A stretch of 64,000 nt of DNA from Flavobacteriales bacterium (lineage in GTDB: Bacteria; Bacteroidota; Bacteroidia; Flavobacteriales_F; PHOS-HE28): NCBI GenBank assembly GCA_020635675.1, contig JACJZJ010000005.1:147633-211632 (forward strand). Reading direction: 5' to 3'. Shown here piece after piece: positions 1 through 8,502 of this stretch. Position 1 is the stretch's first letter, and each line of letters starts with the position of its first letter. A program made the translations under genes and the position numbers. The notes beneath the pieces are model-generated. The model was not told where the DNA came from, did not search any database, and saw only the letters and a program-made list of their open reading frames with translations.

Positions 1-1
1 C

Positions 2-568
2 AGCCATCGCTTCGAGGGATTCCTCCTCCTGGACCGACGGAAGGGTCCCTTGCTGATCGAATTGACCGATCGGACCAAAGCGATCGGTCCTCCAGAGAAC
101 GTGGAGTTGGAGCCGGACCACTGGTACGGTGCGATCTACTATGGCGTTGTACCGCAGAAGCGTGGGGGGAAGACCTACTACACACTGCTCGGCTGGAAGG
201 GCTACAGCAAGGTCGAGACGCGAAAGGTGATCGACGTTCTGCGCTTCCGTGGGGACGCGCCCCGCTTCGGCGCGCCCCTGTTCGATGAGGGTGGGGTGAA
301 AAAGCAGAGACGGGTGTTCGCCTATTCGTTCCAGGCCAGCATGAGCCTGCGCTATGACCCCAACACGCAGAGGATCGTGTTCGACCACCTGAGCCCTGTG
401 CGTGCCGACATGGAGGGTCAACCGTCATTCTACGGTCCGGACCTGAGCTATGACGCCTACTTCTGGGACAAGGGGACCTGGACGTATCAGCGCGATGTGG
501 ATGCCAGGGGGAACGAGGGTGAAAAACGTCCCTGGAACGCGCCGCCAAAAGGCGGGCGCCAGCGTTAA
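2..568 (+). CDS. hypothetical protein (5'-partial, runs off window start)
   Basis: Open reading frame with no upstream stop back to position 2. Coding-like GC3 bias. No family recognised. Confidence 0.4.
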   Translation, partial: SHRFEGFLLLDRRKGPLLIELTDRTKAIGPPENVELEPDHWYGAIYYGVVPQKRGGKTYYTLLGWKGYSKVETRKVIDVLRFRGDAPRFGAPLFDEGGVKKQRRVFAYSFQASMSLRYDPNTQRIVFDHLSPVRADMEGQPSFYGPDLSYDAYFWDKGTWTYQRDVDARGNEGEKRPWNAPPKGGRQR

Positions 569-596
569 CGGCCTGCGATACCGTCACCAAGGGTCC

Positions 597-604
597 TAAC
601 TTTG
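597..604 (+). promoter_or_regulatory. candidate -7 element TAACTTTG upstream of serC
   Basis: Exact TAnnTTTG match 25 nt before the ATG at 629. Confidence 0.3.
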
Positions 605-628
605 GCGGCCGCAAGAAGTCCTCAACCC

Positions 629-1717
629 ATGCAAGTCGCCACGAAGAAGAAGGTCCACAACTACAGCGCAGGTCCCTGCATCCTGCCCCAGGAAGTGTTC
701 GAACAGGCCGCCCAGGGCGTGCTCGACCTGGACGGGTCAGGCCTTTCGATCCTGGAGATCAGCCACCGCAGCAAGCCATTCGAAGCGGTTATGGACAAAG
801 CCCAGGCCTTGGTGCGGGAACTGCTCGGTGTGCCGGAAGGATACTCTGTTCTCTTTCTGCAGGGTGGTGCGAGCCTCGCCTTCCACATTACCGCGCTCAA
901 TTTCCTGCGGCCCAGCGGCAAGGCGGCGTATGCGAACACAGGTGAATGGGCGGGGCGCGCCATAAAGGATGCGCAGCTCGAAGGCACCGTGGAAGTGGTG
1001 GCCAGCAGCGAGGACAAGAATTTCAGCTACATCCCGAAGGGGTTCACCATCCCATCCGACGCGGACTACTTCCACTTCACCAGCAACAACACCATTTTCG
1101 GCACCCAGTTCAAGGCGTTCCCGGAAAGCCCCGTGCCGCTGGTATGCGACATGAGCAGCGACATCTTCAGCAGGCCGGTGAACGTGGCGGATTTCGCGAT
1201 GATCTATGCCGGTGCACAGAAGAACATGGGGCCCGCCGGCACCACGGTCTACATCGTGCGCAACGACGCATTGGGGCGGTCCGGCCGGAAGCTGAGCAAG
1301 ATCCTCGACCTGAAGAACCACGCGGACAAAGGCAGCATGTACAACACGCCACCGGTCTTCGCGGTGTACGTGAGCATGCTGACGCTTGATTGGATGAAGC
1401 GGATGGGCGGTGTGGCGGAGATGGAGAAGCGCAACAACGCCAAAGCGGAACTGCTCTATGGCGCGGTCGACCGCCTGCCGCTGTTCAGGGGTACCACGGC
1501 TGCGGAGGACCGCTCACCGATGAACGCCACGTTCGTTCTGACGGACAGCACTCTGGAACCTTCCTTCGACGCCATGTGGAAGGAGGCCGGGATCAACGGC
1601 CTGCGCGGGCATCGGAGCGTGGGCGGTTATCGGGCCAGCATGTACAACGCCCTTCCCATCGAAAGCGTCCAGGTGCTCGTGAACGTGATGGAGGAATTCG
1701 CCAAAAAGCACGGTTGA
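629..1717 (+). CDS. serC: phosphoserine aminotransferase
   Basis: Translation begins MQVATKKKVHNYSAGPCILPQEV, the typical SerC N-terminus with a PLP-fold class V signature. The track M at 602 is a TTG; the first ATG is at 629. Confidence 0.9.
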   Translation: MQVATKKKVHNYSAGPCILPQEVFEQAAQGVLDLDGSGLSILEISHRSKPFEAVMDKAQALVRELLGVPEGYSVLFLQGGASLAFHITALNFLRPSGKAAYANTGEWAGRAIKDAQLEGTVEVVASSEDKNFSYIPKGFTIPSDADYFHFTSNNTIFGTQFKAFPESPVPLVCDMSSDIFSRPVNVADFAMIYAGAQKNMGPAGTTVYIVRNDALGRSGRKLSKILDLKNHADKGSMYNTPPVFAVYVSMLTLDWMKRMGGVAEMEKRNNAKAELLYGAVDRLPLFRGTTAAEDRSPMNATFVLTDSTLEPSFDAMWKEAGINGLRGHRSVGGYRASMYNALPIESVQVLVNVMEEFAKKHG

Positions 1718-1719
1718 TC

Positions 1720-2691
1720 ATGCGGATCCACGCCAACGACGGTATCTCGGCCAACGGCAAGGCCAGCCTGGAGAATGCCGGTTTCATTGTTTCGACGAAC
1801 AGTGTTCCACAGGAAGGATTGATCACTTTCCTGACCAAGGAGAACGTGGATGTCCTATTGGTCCGCAGCGCCACCAAAGTGCCCAAGGAATTGATCGATG
1901 CCTGCCCGAACGTGCGTCTGATCGGCCGTGGCGGGGTGGGTTTGGACAACATCGACGTGGCCCATGCCAAGAGCAGGGGGATCCCCGTGATCAACACACC
2001 GGGAGCCTCATCGATCTCCGTGGCGGAAATGGTCCTGGCCCACCTGAGCGGACTGATGCGCGGCCTGCACCAGAGCAATCGCCTGATGCCCACGAACGGT
2101 GCTACTGGGTTCAAGGACCTCAAGAAGCGCTTCGGAAAGGGGCGCGAGCTACGTGGCAGTACGCTGGGGATCATCGGATTTGGGCGCATCGGTCAATGGA
2201 CCGCGCGCTATGCGCTTGGATGCGGCATGGAAGTGATCTATGCGGACCACAGCTGCGCCATCGATTCCATCGAAATGCCGTTGGGTGGCTCCACGGTTAC
2301 CGCGTCTGTCGAGCGGGTAGCAGTGGACGAACTCCTCGCACGTGCTGACGCCATCAGTTTGCATGTTCCGAAGCAGCCCGACGGAGCACCCGTGCTCGGT
2401 AGGGCCGAGTTGGCCAAGGTCAAGCCAGGTGCCTTCATCATCAATACAGCCCGCGGTGGCAGTGTGGACGAGGATGCCCTGCTTGCCGCTCTCGCGGCTG
2501 GCCGTATCGCCGGAGCCGCATTGGACGTGTTCGTGGGCGAGCCCGAACCCCGCACCGATGTACTGGCCGCGGAGGGTCTGTCCCTCAGTCCGCATATCGG
2601 AGCGGCCACGGTCGAGGCCCAGGCACGCATCGGCGACGAATTGGCCGAGCAGATCATCGCCTGGAGCAAGGCCAGCGTCTCCCAGGGATGA
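1720..2691 (+). CDS. serA: D-3-phosphoglycerate dehydrogenase, short form without ACT domain (2-hydroxyacid dehydrogenase family)
   Basis: Internal ATG 3 nt after the serC stop. NAD-binding GxGxxG motif (GIIGFGRIGQ) and a catalytic-domain pattern are present. Adjacent to serC. Confidence 0.8.
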   Translation: MRIHANDGISANGKASLENAGFIVSTNSVPQEGLITFLTKENVDVLLVRSATKVPKELIDACPNVRLIGRGGVGLDNIDVAHAKSRGIPVINTPGASSISVAEMVLAHLSGLMRGLHQSNRLMPTNGATGFKDLKKRFGKGRELRGSTLGIIGFGRIGQWTARYALGCGMEVIYADHSCAIDSIEMPLGGSTVTASVERVAVDELLARADAISLHVPKQPDGAPVLGRAELAKVKPGAFIINTARGGSVDEDALLAALAAGRIAGAALDVFVGEPEPRTDVLAAEGLSLSPHIGAATVEAQARIGDELAEQIIAWSKASVSQG

Positions 2692-3905
2692 TCACCATAC
2701 GTCCGTTCCGGGCCTGGCGCCCTGCTCCCGACAAGGCGCACCTGGTCGGGTCCAGGAGCTTCGTGAGCTATACGGACGACCAGCTGCGGGAGAAGCTCGC
2801 CGGCAACCCCTACAGCTTCCTGCATGTGATCCACCCGGACCTTGATGCTCCTCCACCCATGGACCGCCATGAACGTTTCCATCGGGTCCGGATGCGTTTC
2901 AAAGCGTTCTGCGACGAAGGGACCCTGCTGCGCGATGAGGCGCCATGCATCTACCTCTACGAGCAATGGTCACGGGGAGAGATCTCAAGGGGGATCATCA
3001 CCGCCATAAGCATCGCGGACTACCGCGAAGGGCGGGTGAAGGTGCATGAGCAGACCCTGACCGCTCGTGAAGAGCTTTTCGCGGAATATCTGGAGGCCAC
3101 GGCCATCAATGCGGAACCCGTGCTCCTGGCCACCCCGGAAGGACATGCCTGGGAGGCACTGCTAGACCCCTGGTTGGCCGTGCGGCCCGACTTCGACTTC
3201 AGCACCACGGACCGCGTTCGGCACCGCTTGTGGGCGATCGCGGATGTGCGGGTCCGCGAAGACCTGCAGCGGGCATTTGCCGAGATACCCGCGATCTACA
3301 TCGCCGATGGGCATCACCGCATGGCCAGCAGTGCGCGATTGGCAGGAGAGCATGGGACCACGGACGTGGATCCGGACGCCTGGTGCCTTGCTTTCATTGT
3401 GCCCAGGTCACACCTCCGCATCGTCAACTACGACAGGGCGGTCACCACGTTGAACGGTCTTGACGAGACCACTTTTCTGAAGGCACTGCAGGAGATCGGG
3501 CCTGTGGTGCCACTGCAGGCCCCCTGGTCGTCCCCTGGCCACGTTGCCGTTCGGACGGAGAGCGGCTGGCACCAGCTGGACCTTACCGAGGCACGACCCG
3601 AAGCCGACCCGGCGGGCGACCTGGACGCCGCAGTGCTCAGTGATCGTGTGCTGGGGCCGGTCCTGGGCATCACCGATCTGCGCACCGACCCGCGTGTGCT
3701 GTTCGTGCCGGGGACCCATGGGGTCGGCGAACTGGAAAGATCGGTCGACAGCGGCACGGCCAAGGCAGCTTTCCACCTCCATCCGGTGAGCTTCTCCGAC
3801 CTCAAGGCGGTATCGGACAGCGGAGGCAGCATGCCTCCAAAAAGCACCTACATCGAGCCCAAATTGCGCAGCGGACTCACCATCTACTCGCTCGAGGACG
3901 TCTGA
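2688..3905 (+). CDS. DUF1015 domain-containing protein
   Basis: ATGA overlap with the serA stop. The sequence resembles the DUF1015 family that commonly follows serC-serA in Bacteroidota. Confidence 0.75.
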   Translation: MITIRPFRAWRPAPDKAHLVGSRSFVSYTDDQLREKLAGNPYSFLHVIHPDLDAPPPMDRHERFHRVRMRFKAFCDEGTLLRDEAPCIYLYEQWSRGEISRGIITAISIADYREGRVKVHEQTLTAREELFAEYLEATAINAEPVLLATPEGHAWEALLDPWLAVRPDFDFSTTDRVRHRLWAIADVRVREDLQRAFAEIPAIYIADGHHRMASSARLAGEHGTTDVDPDAWCLAFIVPRSHLRIVNYDRAVTTLNGLDETTFLKALQEIGPVVPLQAPWSSPGHVAVRTESGWHQLDLTEARPEADPAGDLDAAVLSDRVLGPVLGITDLRTDPRVLFVPGTHGVGELERSVDSGTAKAAFHLHPVSFSDLKAVSDSGGSMPPKSTYIEPKLRSGLTIYSLEDV

Positions 3906-3928
3906 TCCCTCCACCACGCGGGGGCATC

Positions 3929-3936
3929 TACCTTTG
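3929..3936 (+). promoter_or_regulatory. candidate Bacteroidota sigmaA -7 element TACCTTTG immediately upstream of the yggS ATG (possible leaderless mRNA)
   Basis: Exact TAnnTTTG match 6 nt before the ATG at 3943. Confidence 0.3.
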
Positions 3937-3942
3937 CCATCC

Positions 3943-4620
3943 ATGGACCGCGAAGCGTTGGCGCAGCGGTATGCTGCGGTGAAGGCGGGCATTCCCGACG
4001 GGGTGCTTCTGGTGGCCGTGAGCAAGTTGCGGAGCGCGGAGGAGGTCCAGGCACTCTACGACCTTGGGCATAGGGACTTCGGAGAGAACTACCCCCAGGA
4101 GCTTCGTGAAAAGCAAGCGGTGCTGCCAGAGGATATCCGCTGGCACTTCATCGGACACCTGCAGCGGAACAAGGTGAAGTATCTGGCACCTTTCGTTCAT
4201 CTGATCCATGGTGTGGACAGCGAGAAAGCGCTGGACGAGATCGACAAGAGGGCCGCCCAGAACGATCGGACCATCGACGCATTGCTGCAGGTCCATATTG
4301 CTCGCGAGGAGACCAAACATGGGCTTTCCGACCGGGAATTGAACGACCTAATGGCCGCATGGACCGAAACCCGCTGGCCCAACGTGCGGGTGCGAGGACT
4401 GATGGGCATGGCAAGCCTGACCAAGGACGGATCCGTCATCAGGAACGAGTTCGACGGTCTCGCCGGGCGCTTTTCGGACCTCCAGGAACGGATGGCCTTT
4501 GGCGGAGAAGTTTTCGACATCCTTTCGATGGGGATGAGCGGCGACATGGACCTTGCGATCGCCGCGGGCTCGAACCTGGTGCGCATCGGTACGGCCATTT
4601 TCGGTGAACGGCCCGGATAG
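3943..4620 (+). CDS. yggS: YggS family pyridoxal phosphate homeostasis protein
   Basis: Contains LLVAVSKLRSAEEVQALYDLGHRDFGENYPQEL and an alanine-racemase N-terminal-like fold, with the size expected for YggS. The track start at 3934 is a TTG inside the promoter motif. Confidence 0.85.
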   Translation: MDREALAQRYAAVKAGIPDGVLLVAVSKLRSAEEVQALYDLGHRDFGENYPQELREKQAVLPEDIRWHFIGHLQRNKVKYLAPFVHLIHGVDSEKALDEIDKRAAQNDRTIDALLQVHIAREETKHGLSDRELNDLMAAWTETRWPNVRVRGLMGMASLTKDGSVIRNEFDGLAGRFSDLQERMAFGGEVFDILSMGMSGDMDLAIAAGSNLVRIGTAIFGERPG

Positions 4621-4706
4621 GTTTTCAACCACCGCATCCGATCACAGGCAACCCATACCCCGGTCCACGTCTTTGGGATGTAGCTTCCCTAATCGAATCC
4701 GACCCC

Positions 4707-5720
4707 ATGATCAGGACCCTTACCCTCCTTTCCCTGTCCTGTCTTCTTGTGGCTCCGCTCTCCGCCCAACGTACCATGGAAGTGGGCGTATCCTCGGGAG
4801 TGACGCACTACTACGGCGACCTCGGCAACGTGGACGGCCCCGTGCAGTGGAACAGCATGCGACCCGGCATGGCCATCACCGTGCGGGACTTCCTGAACAA
4901 CAAGAAGCGCTATGTGACACGGGCGCTCAACGTCGAGGGGCGGTTCAGTTGGCATCGGATCGGCTACAACGAAGTGGACCCGGTCATGGACATGGAAGGT
5001 CTGGAACTCAAGCACTGGAAGCGTGGTCTGAACTTTCGGAACGATCTCTTCGGCCTGAGCACCCATTTGGTGCTCAATGCTTACCGGGAACCGTACCAAC
5101 CTCTCTTCAAACAGAAGTTCTTCGCCTACTTCTACATCGGGGTGGGGCTGTTCTACGGCCGGCCGAAGGCCGATCTGTTCCATGGTGGACAGGACCTGGC
5201 GAACGCCTACTATTATTGGGAGGACGGCACCATCCGTGATGCCCCGCGGGGCACGCCGGATGCACACATCATCGAGCAGGATGGCACCTACGAGACGGAC
5301 CTTTACAGCTGGGTGACGGAGGGCAGCACCGCCGGTGGAGAAGGTTCGACCCTGGAACGGACATCGCCCTGGCACATCGGCATACCGATGGGCATGGGAC
5401 TGCGGTACATGGTCACCCGGAAGATCTCCGTCGGCATGGAATTCAGCTATTACGCTTTCTTCACAGACAAGCTCGATGACGTCAGCGACCGCTATGCCAC
5501 CTATGATGAGATCGCCGAAACCTACCCCAGTGATCCGGAGCAGCAGATGATCGCCCGCTACGTCAGCGATCCAACCGGTTTCGGTTCGGACGGCACCACG
5601 GGCTATCGGACCAGCAAACGGGGCAATCCCGAACTGCCTGACGCCCTCAGCTACCTGAACCTGGAGATCAGCTACAAGTTCAAGCGCCGTCCTGGTCGTC
5701 GCAGCTTCGTGAGCCTCTGA
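4707..5720 (+). CDS. outer membrane beta-barrel protein (DUF6089-like)
   Basis: Signal peptide MIRTLTLLSLSCLLVAPLSAQ. Aromatic-rich alternating strands. C-terminus ends ISYKF. Confidence 0.5.
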   Translation: MIRTLTLLSLSCLLVAPLSAQRTMEVGVSSGVTHYYGDLGNVDGPVQWNSMRPGMAITVRDFLNNKKRYVTRALNVEGRFSWHRIGYNEVDPVMDMEGLELKHWKRGLNFRNDLFGLSTHLVLNAYREPYQPLFKQKFFAYFYIGVGLFYGRPKADLFHGGQDLANAYYYWEDGTIRDAPRGTPDAHIIEQDGTYETDLYSWVTEGSTAGGEGSTLERTSPWHIGIPMGMGLRYMVTRKISVGMEFSYYAFFTDKLDDVSDRYATYDEIAETYPSDPEQQMIARYVSDPTGFGSDGTTGYRTSKRGNPELPDALSYLNLEISYKFKRRPGRRSFVSL

Positions 5721-5766
5721 CACGATCCGGCTTTCATGTTCGGCGCATTCCGCCGATCTTGGGGGC

Positions 5767-6840
5767 ATGATCGCATTGGGCCCGATCACCGATCCGACCT
5801 ATATCCGTCCCGACCATCTCGGCCGGACCGATCGGGCGTTCCTTCGCCTCATTCGGGACGAGCGCGACCTCCCCTTCATCCACCTTTCGCTTCGCATCAG
5901 CCTCACCCTGGTGCCGCTCGGTGTCCTGTTGTACCTGCCTTTCGTGCAGGGATGGTGGTGGGCCCTGGGTGCAGTGGTCTATCAATATCTCAACAACGTG
6001 GTCTACAAGGGGCCGTTCGGTCTGATGCTGCATTGCACCAGCCATCGGAAACTGTTCCGCAAGGAATATGACCTCCTGAACCACTACATCCCCTGGGTGC
6101 TGGCACCGTTCTTCGGTCACTCGCCCGAGACCTATTACGCCCACCACATCGGCATGCACCATGCGGAGAACAATCTGGAGGACGACGACAGCACGACAAT
6201 GCCCTATCAACGGGACTCGCTCCGCGGTTTCGCGCACTACTTCGGACGTTTCCTTTTCGCCGGGATCTATCATCTGGCCGCCTACTTCTTCATGAAGAAG
6301 CGGAAACGGCTGCTCTACCGCAGCGTTCGTGGCGAGCTGCTGTTCATCGCCTTCTGCACGGTGATGTGCCTGGTGGACTGGCCGGCGACCTTGGTGGTGT
6401 TCATCATTCCTTTCGTGCTCTTCCGCCTGGTGGCCATGATGGGCAATTGGGCGCAGCACGCGTTCCTGCACGAGGCGGACCCGGCGAACAGCTATTGGAA
6501 CAGCATCACCTGCATCAACACGCCATACAATCACAAGTGCTGGAACGATGGCTACCATATCAGCCATCATATCCGGCCGGCGATGCACTGGACCGAGCAT
6601 CCCACCTATTTCCAAAGGACCCTTGACGATTACGTTCGCCACGATGCGATCGTTTTCGACGGGATCCATTTCCTTCATGTGTTCCTCTATCTCATGCGGA
6701 AACGGTACGACCTTCTCGCCCGGCATTTCGTACAGCTTGGAACCTCGCAGCGAACAGAGGAGGAGGTGATACGGATGTTGCGCGACCGTACACGACCCCT
6801 GCCCTTTCCCGACCGTGGAAAGGTGATGCAGGCCGCCTGA
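5767..6840 (+). CDS. fatty acid desaturase family protein
   Basis: Three histidine boxes are present (HCTSHRK, HHIGMHH, HISHHIRP), together with multiple TM segments. Confidence 0.8.
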   Translation: MIALGPITDPTYIRPDHLGRTDRAFLRLIRDERDLPFIHLSLRISLTLVPLGVLLYLPFVQGWWWALGAVVYQYLNNVVYKGPFGLMLHCTSHRKLFRKEYDLLNHYIPWVLAPFFGHSPETYYAHHIGMHHAENNLEDDDSTTMPYQRDSLRGFAHYFGRFLFAGIYHLAAYFFMKKRKRLLYRSVRGELLFIAFCTVMCLVDWPATLVVFIIPFVLFRLVAMMGNWAQHAFLHEADPANSYWNSITCINTPYNHKCWNDGYHISHHIRPAMHWTEHPTYFQRTLDDYVRHDAIVFDGIHFLHVFLYLMRKRYDLLARHFVQLGTSQRTEEEVIRMLRDRTRPLPFPDRGKVMQAA

Positions 6841-6860
6841 AAGGGCGATACATTCGGACC

Positions 6861-7382
6861 ATGGCCGAGAAGGTGAAAATGGACGAGGTGTACGCCCGCC
6901 TCTTGAGCGCCGACGACAGGGTGGTGCTGGATGCGCTGGCAACGGTACAAGCCCAGGGGGATGCGCGTGCCATTCGTCCGATGCTGCACGCGCTCGCGGG
7001 CGCTCCCGACCGCAACGTGGAGCAACGCATCGTGTCCATGTTGAACGAGATCAAAGTGCCCGAGGCCGTACCCGTCCTGGTCGAGGCCTTGGCAGAGCCC
7101 GCGTTGCGGAGCGTTCGTCGGACCATCCTCGCGGCCTTCTGGAGCGCCGGGCTGGATGTCCGCGACCATCTGGAATTGCTGATCGCCTGCGCAATAGAAG
7201 GCAATGCCGCGGAATGCCTGGAATGCCATACGGTGATCGCCAATCAGGAGTTCTGGCCGGAAAGGACCGCCCGCAATGCCATGAAGCTTGCTTCCGAAGC
7301 CGCGGAGGCGGAGGCAGATACGTATAAAGCCTCCCTGCTGCGCGATATCGGGGAAGAAATGGCGGTTCGGCTCGGGGCCTGA
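6861..7382 (+). CDS. hypothetical protein, HEAT/armadillo-like helical repeats
   Basis: 173-aa ORF 20 nt after the desaturase. Coding GC3 bias. Helical repeat character only. Confidence 0.45.
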   Translation: MAEKVKMDEVYARLLSADDRVVLDALATVQAQGDARAIRPMLHALAGAPDRNVEQRIVSMLNEIKVPEAVPVLVEALAEPALRSVRRTILAAFWSAGLDVRDHLELLIACAIEGNAAECLECHTVIANQEFWPERTARNAMKLASEAAEAEADTYKASLLRDIGEEMAVRLGA

Positions 7383-7440
7383 AAGCCGGCTTGTTCTTGT
7401 ACACGGTACTTCGCAACTTTCCCGTTCCTACGACACAACG

Positions 7441-8496
7441 ATGAGAACGATCACCGCACTGGCCATCCTCACACTTTGGATCCCCGCCACGTCCCAGGCG
7501 CAAACCCTATTGGCACAGGCCAAGCCTGCCGGATCCGACCTATGGGGTTACATCAATGAGAAAGGCGATCAGGTCATCCCGCCCGCGTTCAAGAGCTGCT
7601 TTCGATTCACGGAAAGCGGATATGCAGCGGTCAGTGATCCCGATACGAAGGAGGACTATTTCATCGACACCAAGGGGCAGCGGCTGAAAACGGAGGTATC
7701 CGGGTTCGAGCATATGAGCGGACTGGGAGGTGGTGATCAGCAGGGTTTCCACTTCGGTCTCGCAGCGGTGCGTGTCGGTAAGAAATGGGGCTTCATGGAC
7801 ATGACCGGCAAAATGGTCATCCCTGCGAAGTACGACAAGGTGGACGCGTTCGAGGGCCCGTTCACCATGGTCGGTGTAGGAAAACAACTGTTGATCCTGG
7901 GTACCGATGGCACGGAGACACCCATGAAGGATCCCAAAGTGGTGGATGTGCGCAGTTTCCATGAAGGCCTGGCGCCGTTCAAGACGAGCGACAAGATGAT
8001 GGGCTTCATGGACGGTCAGCAGAAGGTCGTCATCCCCGCACAGTTCAAGTCGGTCGGCTATTTCAGCGACGGACTGGCCTGGGCCAAGAACGCGAGCGAC
8101 GCCGTCGGCTACATCGACAAGAAGGGGGAATGGGTGATCCCGGCGAAGTACGACGCGGGTGGCGAGTTCGACGCGGAAAGCGGCCTGGCACGCGTGAAGA
8201 GCGGCGATGTCTGGATGTATGTGGACAGAACAGGCAAGGAACTGAAGGTCAGTGCCGATAGCTATGGCCAGTTCAGCGAAGGGCTATGTGATGGCAAGAA
8301 GGGCGGCATGGTCGGTTTCTTCGATCGGACAGGTCAATGGGTGATCGAGCCGAAGTTCGAAGCCGTACGTGACTTCAAGAACGGCATGGCGGCGGCCCGC
8401 CAGAGCGGCATGTGGGGCTTCATCGACAGGACGGGCAAATGGGTGATCGAACCGAAGTTCGAAGCGGTGAAGGACCTCGCACGCACCGCCAAGTGA
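7441..8496 (+). CDS. WG repeat-containing secreted protein
   Basis: Signal peptide MRTITALAILTLWIPATSQA. Repeated KWGFMD/KKGEWVIPAKYD/TGKWVIEPKFEAV modules match the WG-containing repeat family. Confidence 0.75.
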   Translation: MRTITALAILTLWIPATSQAQTLLAQAKPAGSDLWGYINEKGDQVIPPAFKSCFRFTESGYAAVSDPDTKEDYFIDTKGQRLKTEVSGFEHMSGLGGGDQQGFHFGLAAVRVGKKWGFMDMTGKMVIPAKYDKVDAFEGPFTMVGVGKQLLILGTDGTETPMKDPKVVDVRSFHEGLAPFKTSDKMMGFMDGQQKVVIPAQFKSVGYFSDGLAWAKNASDAVGYIDKKGEWVIPAKYDAGGEFDAESGLARVKSGDVWMYVDRTGKELKVSADSYGQFSEGLCDGKKGGMVGFFDRTGQWVIEPKFEAVRDFKNGMAAARQSGMWGFIDRTGKWVIEPKFEAVKDLARTAK

Positions 8497-8502
8497 TCGG
8501 GC

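Noticed and set aside
602-604. Track start codons at 602 (serC), 3934 (yggS), 26782 (ribD), 30083 (dnaA) and 51621 (adhesin) are drawn as M
   Set aside because: These positions are TTG or GTG triplets. For serC, yggS, ribD and dnaA the nearby in-frame ATGs (629, 3943, 26812, 30095) reproduce the canonical N-termini of those families, so the ATGs were used.
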